A stretch of DNA of 41,599 nt, taken from assembly GCA_964489295.1 (NCBI GenBank), contig CAZAXT010000004.1, forward strand, positions 1 to 41,599. The letters are read 5' to 3'. The stretch comes from an uncultured Candidatus Saccharibacteria bacterium (lineage in GTDB: Bacteria; Patescibacteriota; Saccharimonadia; QS-5-54-17). Numbering within the stretch: the first letter of the stretch is position 1; every line of letters starts with the position of its first letter. Below, in pieces: positions 27,952 to 36,118 of the stretch. The notes below the pieces were generated by a model, which did not search any database, was not told where the DNA came from, and saw only the letters and a program-made list of their open reading frames with translations. Both the position numbers and the translations under genes were made by a program.

Positions 27952-28217
27952 ATACCCCCTTCGTTGCTCGAATTCAGGTCTCATTGTAACGCGTAGCGGG
28001 CCACGGCACCCACCCTCTTTTTTGGTTTTGTCGCGGAGCTGCACTTTTTCGTAATAAACATTTTGGTCAAACAGTTTAATTTTGTTTGGTTTAAAAATGA
28101 TTTACTAAAGGAGGTGCTTCCGCGAGAATGCTACGCCGGAACCGGCGCCTCATCCCCATTCGTCATTTATTAATTTTCTTTTTTGGTTCTACTCCAGGGT
28201 TTGAGTTTCTATCCATT

Positions 28218-28453
28218 TTAAAAATAGTTGTGCAACATAGTACTCATGGCGGTTCTCCCTTTGTTGGTTTTTAAGTATTTTCTCTCCTCTGAGCATCTTT
28301 TTTGCTACTGTACGCTTCGTAGTGTATTAGATCCAATGGCTGATACGATTTTGTTGCTTTCGCGCTGCCAGAGTTATGAAATTGATATCTTTTCTTTAGG
28401 TTTTCCGTGTAGCCTACATAGGTATAATTTTTCCCTGAGTTCCGTAATACATA
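28218..28453 (-). pseudogene. Degraded GIY-YIG nuclease-family gene
   Basis: The minus strand reads YVLRNSGKNYTYVGYTENLKKRYQFHNSGSAKATKSYQPLDLIHYEAYSSKKDAQRRE. An in-frame TAG lies immediately upstream, and the only ATG (28452) is in another frame. The conserved C-terminus KYLKTNKGR.. is reached only after a frameshift in an A4 run near 28276. Confidence 0.6.
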
Positions 28454-28612
28454 CTACTTATCCGGGGGTGCTGAATATAGACCCCATACCGTCTGATATG
28501 GGGATCAGGCCCAGCACCAGTCGGTGCTGGGTTCAGGTACCATGCTGCATCTGGCCTCGAGAGGGATATGTCTTACATTAAACGATGGCGAAGCCAAGTG
28601 CCGAATGGTACC

Positions 28613-29019
28613 TGGTGGAGCTGCGGGGAATTGCACCCCGGTCCGCAAGTTAACCCGCTACTCGTCTACACGCGTAGTCGGCTTTGGAAATCGTCTGACA
28701 ATGCAAGCATCCGGGAGCCGACCTCCGCGCTCCTGCATTGCGAGTCGAAATAGCATTCAATGCACGTTCTCGACATCACGCGCACCTACACCCAGTGATA
28801 TGACACCGGTTAACCGTTACTGGGCGTTACGGTACCGATGGTCGCGGTAGTTAAGCCGCGACAGTAACGGGAGCAAACTGCGGCGAAAATACGCTCGCTA
28901 CAGTTTCCTTCATCCGTGTCCATGCGTTTGCACGTATTGTAGTGATCCATCTGACGTGTAGATCAACCCGGCGTGCCAAGTAGCGTGTCAAAGTTCTCAC
29001 GTCGAAGCTAATCAGCCCC
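28613..29019 (-). ncRNA. ssrA: tmRNA (transfer-messenger RNA)
   Basis: The 5' end is GGGGCUGAUUAGCUUCGACG. The 3' end, GCGGACCGGGGUGCAAUUCCCCGCAGCUCCACCA, forms a T-arm-like stem plus acceptor with CCA. An internal tag frame ends ..VTVAA-UAA. Confidence 0.93.
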
Positions 29020-29051
29020 ATACCAACAAAACTATAGCATTTTGTAGGATA

Positions 29052-30332
29052 TTACGCAAGCTTGTGTTCGAGGTGTTCTGCCGCGGCAGCATCCACCATC
29101 TCATCCCATCGAAACGCGGTTTCTATCACTCTTCCACATAACATTTCATTCAGCAACCAGTTGCTATGTTTTTCATTCGAGGCGATTATAGCCCGGATAC
29201 TCTTCGATGCGCCAGAATCGGAATATGTGCTTCGTTTTGATTCGAGAAAGTCATCCGGCGGAGACAGTTTATCTTCACTCCCGGCAATGAATGTCATGTC
29301 GACTCCGGTTTCATCCAGGTCTTCCGCCCGCATATGCGTCTGGGCAATGATTTTGGTTAAATGATGAAGTGCGCGAAAATTGTGCACTTCTTCTCTGCCA
29401 AACAGTTTACGTACAGCATCTTTACCCAATATTCCGGGCAGAATGTGCTCGTTGAAATGATTGATAATTCGCGCCCGTTCCTCGGGATCGCTTCGCAGTA
29501 GCGATCCCGTTTCCTGCCTGAGTACGTCATTGGCCAGTTGCAGAGTATTGCAGTAATTGACGGGCGGAGAAATTAGAATTGCTCGTTCAACCGGTGTACC
29601 GTACACATGTTTTTGCTGTAGATGCTTCGCCAATTCAAGCGAAAACATAGCTCCCATGGATTGGCCGACCAAGTCGATACCCAGACGGGGCATATCGTTT
29701 TCATCCACGCCACCATGTTCACGGAGTGCTTCGTGAAGACACTGATGCCGTATATCCGTCAGTGTTTGCAAATCGCTGTGCAACCACTTGGGATGCACGC
29801 GTACATCGGGTGTTCCTTCGTTGCCGACAGCTATAACCAAGTTCCGGGGAAAACGTTGACTTATTTGCCACAAGGCTTCTTTTCCCTGATCCGCCGACAC
29901 GGATGAGGTGAACGGTAACGATACAAGCATTGCGTTTCGGTCTTCCCATTCTGGATATTCCCGGAAATCCTGGTTGAGACACACTACATCGTAGACTGAA
30001 CCGGTAATTGATTCGGTCACGGCAAGCGCGCCGTTCCGCATCTCGGTATCGAATTGTCGTAAACGCGCTTGGTCCTCTTCCGACGATTCGAGTGCATTCT
30101 TCAACTCCGGCGGCTCCTCCGAGTGTGACCGATACGAATCACGGCCGATTTCTAACTGTTGCACATCGCCTTGCCGGGACAAGACGTACCTATCAGGCAT
30201 TAATTCAGCATGCATATTTTGATCCCACTTTGTTTCGATCGAGTTCAGCGTTTCTTTCATCACGAAACCGTTACGTAAACTGTACCACTTCGGTGACGCT
30301 TGCTCAACGCTCCACGTGTTGCCGCACATCAT
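29052..30332 (-). CDS. Alpha/beta-hydrolase-fold protein (GxSxG nucleophile elbow)
   Basis: 426-aa ORF with LVGQSMGAMFSLELA. The start is uncertain; an alternative is Met25 at 30260. Confidence 0.55.
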   Translation of the reverse strand: MMCGNTWSVEQASPKWYSLRNGFVMKETLNSIETKWDQNMHAELMPDRYVLSRQGDVQQLEIGRDSYRSHSEEPPELKNALESSEEDQARLRQFDTEMRNGALAVTESITGSVYDVVCLNQDFREYPEWEDRNAMLVSLPFTSSVSADQGKEALWQISQRFPRNLVIAVGNEGTPDVRVHPKWLHSDLQTLTDIRHQCLHEALREHGGVDENDMPRLGIDLVGQSMGAMFSLELAKHLQQKHVYGTPVERAILISPPVNYCNTLQLANDVLRQETGSLLRSDPEERARIINHFNEHILPGILGKDAVRKLFGREEVHNFRALHHLTKIIAQTHMRAEDLDETGVDMTFIAGSEDKLSPPDDFLESKRSTYSDSGASKSIRAIIASNEKHSNWLLNEMLCGRVIETAFRWDEMVDAAAAEHLEHKLA

Positions 30333-30373
30333 CGTACGCCTGAGACATCTGCTACAATAAGCATAACAATAAT

Positions 30374-31342
30374 ATGGTGAAAGAAACAGTCGGTATGACT
30401 AACGAGCAACCCAGGTCCCAAGTGCGAAAACACTACTACCGGGACCAGTATGTCGTCATCGCACCCCGGCGCATGCGACGCCCCGCCCGGTCGGATCGTC
30501 GCACGGTTTCCAGTCGCAAACACAGCTTACACCACTCCATAGAGGACACGCCGTCGCTTTTGGAAATACCGGATGAGAAAAGCGGCGACTGGCACGTCAA
30601 AGTCGTCCCCAACGCCTACCCCGCTCTTGAACCCAGCGGTGAACACCCTCACGGCAGTCAGGAAGTCGTGCTGGAAACACCCCGGTTGGATGTGCCGTTC
30701 CACAAGCTTTCTGTGACTGACATCGAGCGAGTTTTGTATGCGTACCAACACCGCATCGCTACGTTGCGTGGTCAATTCCGTTACGTCAGCGTATTTAAAA
30801 ACCATGGCTCCATGGCCGGCGCCACACTGGATCATACCCATTCCCAAATTATCGCCACTGATACGGTCCCACCCGAGGTGGCCACCGACCGGGACGCACT
30901 CACCCAGTATCAATATATACACAAAACATCTGTGCTGTGTGATGTCATCCGTCACGAAATGACCGAAAACCGCCGGGTTGTCATTCCTAGCCGGCACACG
31001 ACCACTATCTGTCCATACGCCAGTCAGTTTCCATTGGAAGCATGGATCATCCCGCACCGCCAATGCCATTCGATCACCGATCTTTCCCCTGACGAAATGT
31101 ATTCGGTAGCTGATCACCTCAAAGGTGTAACCGTAGCCCTTGGAAGTAGTGACATCGATTTCAACTATCATCTCATGGAAAACGCACCCGACGCGTTTAA
31201 TCACTTCTACATCAAAGTAACGCCGCGCCTTGCGCCATATGGCGGTTTCGAGTTAAATACGGGTATGCATATCAACCCGGTTTCGCCCGAATACGCGAGC
31301 TTTTGGTACCAAAAGCACATCAAGGCGCCACATGCTGTCTAA
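30374..31342 (+). CDS. galT: GalT-like HIT-family nucleotidyltransferase (galactose-1-phosphate uridylyltransferase family)
   Basis: 322 aa with the HxHxQ active-site motif (LDHTHSQII) and a duplicated half-barrel layout typical of GalT. Confidence 0.75.
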   Translation: MVKETVGMTNEQPRSQVRKHYYRDQYVVIAPRRMRRPARSDRRTVSSRKHSLHHSIEDTPSLLEIPDEKSGDWHVKVVPNAYPALEPSGEHPHGSQEVVLETPRLDVPFHKLSVTDIERVLYAYQHRIATLRGQFRYVSVFKNHGSMAGATLDHTHSQIIATDTVPPEVATDRDALTQYQYIHKTSVLCDVIRHEMTENRRVVIPSRHTTTICPYASQFPLEAWIIPHRQCHSITDLSPDEMYSVADHLKGVTVALGSSDIDFNYHLMENAPDAFNHFYIKVTPRLAPYGGFELNTGMHINPVSPEYASFWYQKHIKAPHAV

Positions 31343-32637
31343 GGTCTTTTCCGCGGCCAATACAGGGTTCAACGGTAAGTTGGTCGAAATCGAATGCGAT
31401 ATCACTGGCGGTATTCCCGGCATCACCATCGTCGGCCCGCCCAACAAAGCTATCGACGAAGCCAAGGAGCGGATGAGAAGCGCCTTGCGGAACACTCGGC
31501 TTAATTTGCCGCCCAACGGATCACGCTTAACCTGGCTCCGGCAGACCTCCCTAAAGACGGTACCGCCTACGACGTAGCTATGGGCGTGGACATTCTGATC
31601 GCCCACATCCGCGACGTCTACCGCCACTTGACCGCTGAAACGGCACTGCCGGCTCCACCGCCCTTGAAAGAATTACCCGTTTCCGGAGCCTATGAAGCCT
31701 CGGACTTCGGCGATGTCTACGGTCAGCACACCGCCAAACGGGCACTGGAAATAGCTGCTGTGGGCGGACACAACGTCCTTTTAACCGGGCCGCCCGGTTC
31801 GGGAGCTATGCTGGCCAAGATATGTTGTCGATTTTACCACTGCCTACCCGGGAAGAGATGATCGCTATTACCAAAATGTACTCTCTGGGCGGTCAGCACG
31901 GTTACGACATCATTACCGAGCAGCCGTTTCGCAACCCGCACCATACCATCAGCGACATCGCGCTGATCGGCGGCGGCCAGCATGCCAAACCCGGTGAAAT
32001 CTCTCTCGCTCATCACGGAATTTTGTTTTTGGACGAATTGCCTGAGTCCAATCGCAATGTACTGGAAGTGATGCGGCAGCCGCTGGAAGACAACAGCGTC
32101 ACCGTCAGTCGAGCCAGTCATTCCTCTGCCTATCCCGCCAACTTCATGCTGATCGCCACCCGAAATCCGTGCCCATGCGGATACTTGGATGACGAACAGC
32201 GGGAATGCAGTTGCAGTCTGGCGGCCATTGAACGATACCAAAAGAAAATATCCGGCCCGCTACTAGACCGGATCGACTTGATCGTCCCCTTGCAACGAGT
32301 CGAACACGACAAGCTACTACACCACGCAAGCAGCGAACCCAGTAGCGCTATCGCCGGACGCGTGGTCACAGCCCGGCTCCGCCAACACGAGCGAACCGGC
32401 CGACCGAATGCCGCGTTATCGAATCAGGACATTAAGCAATTTTGCGCATTGGACAGCTAGACCGAAGATTTCATGCAGAAAGCTATGCGGACATTGGATC
32501 TTTCCGCCCGCGGATATATGCGGGTACTCAAAACTGTTCGCGCCATCACCGACCTGGACGGTTCGGAAATCTTAACTACCGACCACATCAGCAAAGCTTT
32601 GCAGTACCGCGATACGGATGAAAGAGCAGGGTTTTAG
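31332..32637 (+). pseudogene. comM: Disrupted comM/yifB (Mg-chelatase-like competence ATPase)
   Basis: ComM-like sequence is spread over three frames. Frameshifts lie near 31515..31518 and 31818..31824. The Walker A reads [11 protein letters not shown] and lacks the Lys-Thr. An in-frame TAG at 32458..32460 precedes the conserved C-terminus LSARGYMRVLKTVRAITDL. Confidence 0.85.
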
Positions 32638-32687
32638 GTTTTAGGGTGATAGGGTTGCCGTGCATTATTTGCTATCATGGAAACACG

Positions 32688-33008
32688 ATGTCGAACACGA
32701 AGAAACGAAAGACTAGAGATCAGAAAGAACGGGCTGCCCGGCGACGAAGCCAGCAAACGTATACATCTTCTTCACGGGAAAACCACCCTGCACCGAAACC
32801 AATAGGAAACGAAACGGCATCATCACAGGAAAACCGGATGGAAACGGTATCGACAGAACAGGATACACCCACTGAAAAACGCGCCCGACACGCTGAACGC
32901 ATCCGGCTCATGAAGATAAGTGTCATGGTATTTGCCGGACTTGTCGCATTCCAGCTTATGCTATGGGGGCTGGATTATACCGGTGTCATATCGCTCAGTG
33001 CAGTCTAG
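32688..33008 (+). CDS. Hypothetical basic protein with a C-terminal TM helix
   Basis: ATG at 32688 (MSNTKKRKTRDQKE..). The N-terminal half is Lys/Arg-rich and a hydrophobic helix lies at the C-terminus. Confidence 0.45.
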   Translation: MSNTKKRKTRDQKERAARRRSQQTYTSSSRENHPAPKPIGNETASSQENRMETVSTEQDTPTEKRARHAERIRLMKISVMVFAGLVAFQLMLWGLDYTGVISLSAV

Positions 33009-33162
33009 CTTGGCGACGATCACACAAATAACGATCAGGGGTTAATAAGTACAGACATCGAATGTGCGGACAAGTAAAGTCGTTGTTCGGTGATTCCGCA
33101 TAGCTCCGTATGCATCGAGGCTATGGAATCCGGTTCGAATATTTCTCTGTGTTCCTGATTCA

Positions 33163-33183
33163 TTCTCCATACTCCCTGCTCCA
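33163..33183 (+). repeat. Exact 21-nt repeat TTCTCCATACTCCCTGCTCCA (copy A)
   Basis: Identical to 35118..35138. It is embedded in a pyrimidine-rich tract upstream of the DUF4446 gene. Confidence 0.9.
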
Positions 33184-33239
33184 TGCTTCGTCTTCTCCCG
33201 CCCTATACTACGGTCATTTCCATGCGCTATACTGGAGCC

Positions 33240-33731
33240 ATGTATGAATTCATGATACTCGGAAGCAGCGCGATCGCCTTCATCGCGGTGGTTATGGCAG
33301 CTATGGGCCTGTACTATGCTTTCCGCGTAAACTCGCATTTAAATCAATTGCTGGCAGGACTTGATGTCCAGGGTAACCTTCGCGAGATGGTCGAACAGTA
33401 CTTTTCCAGTGTTCAAAACGTCGAAAGCCAACTGGAAACCATCCAGAAAAATTATGAACGCCTCTCCGATATCGCGGCAGCCAGCATCCAAAAAACGGCA
33501 ATCATCCGTTTCAATCCGTTCAAAACGACTGGTGGCGACCAGAGTTTCGTGCTTGCACTGTTGGACAATCATGACAATGGCTTGCTTTTGACCAGTATTC
33601 ACTCACGGGAAGGCACACGGGTCTACATCAAACCGGTCCAGTACGGCACCAGTGATCACACGTTATCCAAGGAAGAACAATCCGCACTAACGACCGCCCG
33701 AAGCGGTCCGCAGAAAGGAGCACGAACATGA
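33240..33731 (+). CDS. DUF4446-family protein
   Basis: An N-terminal TM helix, a coiled coil and IIRFNPFKTTGGDQSFVLALLDNHDNGLLLTSIHSREGTRVYIKPV match the DUF4446 pattern. A TATACT box at 33228..33233 ends 6 nt before the ATG. Confidence 0.75.
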   Translation: MYEFMILGSSAIAFIAVVMAAMGLYYAFRVNSHLNQLLAGLDVQGNLREMVEQYFSSVQNVESQLETIQKNYERLSDIAAASIQKTAIIRFNPFKTTGGDQSFVLALLDNHDNGLLLTSIHSREGTRVYIKPVQYGTSDHTLSKEEQSALTTARSGPQKGART

Positions 33732-34105
33732 ACAAAAATCAGCACCTGCCCGACACGACGGAAACCACGATTTCCCGAGGCATACATATCAAAGGAGATA
33801 TATCTAGCGATAACGACATGTGGGTAGACGGCCACGTGGAAGGAAGTATCGCCACGGCCGGAACGCTCACCGTGGAACAAAATGCCCGCATCGAAGGTGA
33901 TGTCAGCGGTCGTGATATCCGGATCAACGGCCGGATTTCCGGCAATGTCAATGCGGACGATTCCGTTACGTGCGGCGTGGCCGCTGTCATTCACGGGGAC
34001 ATAAACACTGCCGAGCTCACCGTTGAAAACGGTGCCAGCATCCGCGGAACGGTCGTGGCCGGTTCCAGTGAAGAAAATATACCCGAGGAAGACGCAATCG
34101 AATAG
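33728..34105 (+). CDS. Bactofilin (polymer-forming cytoskeletal protein)
   Basis: Contains repetitive beta-helix segments (GDISSDNDMWVDGHVEGSI, IEGDVSGRDIRINGRISGNV, IHGDINTAELTVENGASIRGTV). It overlaps the DUF4446 gene by 4 nt. Confidence 0.85.
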   Translation: MNKNQHLPDTTETTISRGIHIKGDISSDNDMWVDGHVEGSIATAGTLTVEQNARIEGDVSGRDIRINGRISGNVNADDSVTCGVAAVIHGDINTAELTVENGASIRGTVVAGSSEENIPEEDAIE

Positions 34106-34117
34106 GAGTAAGCGCGC

Positions 34118-34900
34118 GTGTACTACTATATTGTGAATCCGAACGCCGGCAGCGAAGCGTTCACCGATATTCAGCACAAACTCAAACGCACATTGCGCGA
34201 CTTCAACATCGACGGCGAATTCGCCAAGACACTCGAGAAAAATGATGCCCAGAAAATCACCCGTTCAGCTCTGAAACGTGACGTGAAAACGATCGTGGTG
34301 GTCGGCGGCGACAAAACGATCAATGAGGTCATCACGGCCGTTCACGAAAGCGGTAATCGGTCGGTCTCGATCGGCATCATCCCGATAGGCACGCAGAATA
34401 CGTTAGCCCGGTTCCTGGGTATACATGACTGGCAACACGCCTGCCATCTGCTGGCTACCCGCCGGCTACAGTCGTTCAATCTGGTGCACGTGAACGATCA
34501 CAGTTTCATCCACTCGTGCCGGATCGACCCCAAAAACCACGAATCCACCTCTCCCGTCTTAGCCGAGATCGACGGTGCGTATAAAGTGCGGGGCGAAATC
34601 TCCTTAACCACCGTGGCCAACCAAAAAATACACAATGTCAATCTGCCGAATGAATTACTGCTGCGGTTCTGGCCATCGGTCTCCCGCCCTTCATGGTGGG
34701 AGCGCATCAGAGGAAAAACACCATCTGATCCACCACCCACACAACTCCACTCCCGAGTCGCTATCATGGAATTCTCGACTGAACACACGGCGACCATCGA
34801 CGGGCGGACTTTGAACAATACGTTGTTCCGGATCCGTCTCTCGGAAGTACCAGTTTGGTTCATAACCGCCAAGCAGAACCATGAGTTCGCCGAGCAATAA
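34118..34900 (+). CDS. Diacylglycerol/lipid kinase family protein (YegS/DagK-like)
   Basis: YYYIVNPNAG, VVVGGDKTINEV (a GGDGT-like motif) and IGIIPIGTQNTLAR. GTG start behind GGAG. Confidence 0.8.
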   Translation: MYYYIVNPNAGSEAFTDIQHKLKRTLRDFNIDGEFAKTLEKNDAQKITRSALKRDVKTIVVVGGDKTINEVITAVHESGNRSVSIGIIPIGTQNTLARFLGIHDWQHACHLLATRRLQSFNLVHVNDHSFIHSCRIDPKNHESTSPVLAEIDGAYKVRGEISLTTVANQKIHNVNLPNELLLRFWPSVSRPSWWERIRGKTPSDPPPTQLHSRVAIMEFSTEHTATIDGRTLNNTLFRIRLSEVPVWFITAKQNHEFAEQ

Positions 34901-35117
34901 AAAACACGACATGAAGAATGAAGTAGGAAGCATGGAGAAGAACATGGAAATACGTGTAGCACATATAACGTCCAACCCTTGTCGTATGATGTGTTATATG
35001 TAATGTGTCATGTATATACTATGGAGGTTTCCGCTTTCATTCTGAAAAATGCCGCGTAGGACAGCGTAGGGACGGAGTGCTTTTTCGTTGGTTCCTTCCT
35101 CCTTCCTTCATACTCCT

Positions 35118-35138
35118 TTCTCCATACTCCCTGCTCCA
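35118..35138 (+). repeat. Exact 21-nt repeat TTCTCCATACTCCCTGCTCCA (copy B) within a ~100-nt polypyrimidine tract
   Basis: Identical to 33163..33183. It is flanked by the related units TTCATACTCC, TTTATACCTC and GCCATACTCC. Confidence 0.9.
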
Positions 35139-35193
35139 CCTCCCTGCTTTATACCTCTTCCGCCATACTCCATCTTCTTCTTATTTCCCCTGA

Positions 35194-35223
35194 TTGACCA
35201 CCGGTGCGGGGCTTTGGTACTAT
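35194..35223 (+). promoter_or_regulatory. Promoter of infC (TTGACC, 18-nt spacer, TACTAT)
   Basis: TTGACC at 35194..35199 and TACTAT at 35218..35223. The predicted start of transcription is near 35230, downstream of the in-frame ATG at 35224. Confidence 0.5.
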
Positions 35224-35253
35224 ATGCCTAGTTCAAAGAGAAGAGGAGTTAGA

Positions 35254-35760
35254 ATCAAAAACCCGCGCGTAAACCAGGATATTAAAGCATCGCAAGTGCG
35301 GCTCATCGATGCTGACGGCAGCCAGATCGGTATTATGAGCATAGAGGATGCTCGCACGCGAGCCGAAGAAACCGGGTATGATCTGGTAGAAATGTCCCCT
35401 CAAGCCGAACCGCCGGTTATCAAAATGGTTAACTGGGGCAAATACCAATACGAAAAAACCAAACAGGAACAGCGGGAGCGCCAAAAGAACAAAGCACGGG
35501 AAATGAAGCAGATCCGTTTGGGATTGAAGATTGGCGAGCACGACCTTGAGGTCAAACAAAAACAAATTCGGCAATTCCTTGAGAAAGGACACAAAGTCAA
35601 GTTGACCGTCCGGTTTCGCGGCCGGGAAATCACGCACGAAGAACTCGGCCACGAATTGCTGCAGCGGATCGCGGATTCGTTAAGCGACATAGCGGTCATC
35701 GATCAGTCCGCCGAGATGAGCGGTAAACAGCTTAGTATGATTTTACGCAAACAATCCTGA
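35254..35760 (+). CDS. infC: Translation initiation factor IF-3, probable ATC start
   Basis: INQDIKASQVRLIDADGSQIGIM.., MVNWGKYQYE and KQIRLGLKIGEHDLEVK match the IF3 pattern. GAGGAG at 35243..35248 lies 5 nt before ATC 35254. The alternative ATG 35224 has no SD and falls inside the promoter. Confidence 0.8.
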   Translation: MKNPRVNQDIKASQVRLIDADGSQIGIMSIEDARTRAEETGYDLVEMSPQAEPPVIKMVNWGKYQYEKTKQEQRERQKNKAREMKQIRLGLKIGEHDLEVKQKQIRQFLEKGHKVKLTVRFRGREITHEELGHELLQRIADSLSDIAVIDQSAEMSGKQLSMILRKQS

Positions 35761-35880
35761 TGTCGTTCAGCTGGAAATACCGATCAAGAATACCCCTGAA
35801 GCACCCTCTTTGCATGCTCACAACACTGTGCTAGAATTACATCTTGTGTAAACACGAATGAGGATACGGAGACTCTCTTC

Positions 35881-36078
35881 ATGCCGAAATTAAAGACGCA
35901 CCGGGGCGCACATAAACGCGTAAAAGTCACTGGCAAGGGACAGTTGCGGCGACGCCATGCCTATCGTTCACACCTTTTAACTAAAAAGCGTGCTTCCCGC
36001 AAGCGGAATTATGTAAAAGAGTTTCCTTTTCATACGACTGACGCTAAGAATGTACGACGGGAACTGCAGCGAAAATGA
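35881..36078 (+). CDS. rpmI: 50S ribosomal protein L35
   Basis: MPKLKTHRGAHKRVKVTGKGQLRRRHAYRSHLL. An extended -10 promoter TGcTAGAAT lies upstream. Confidence 0.95.
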   Translation: MPKLKTHRGAHKRVKVTGKGQLRRRHAYRSHLLTKKRASRKRNYVKEFPFHTTDAKNVRRELQRK

Positions 36079-36118
36079 CGCGTAGCAACAATCACAGCAC
36101 CTCAAGGAGGAGCTCATA

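Noticed and set aside
24106-28612. Possible genomic island integrated at the 3' end of ssrA
   Set aside because: I could not find a direct repeat of the ssrA 3' terminus; the best match is a 10/11 fragment near 24168..24180. I also found no integrase or recombinase gene. It is reported only as a loosely accessory-looking stretch.
28228-28850. '+' strand ORFs 28228..28581, 28524..28850 and 28568..28753
   Set aside because: They overlap the tmRNA gene and the GIY-YIG remnant, both on the opposite strand, so they are spurious.
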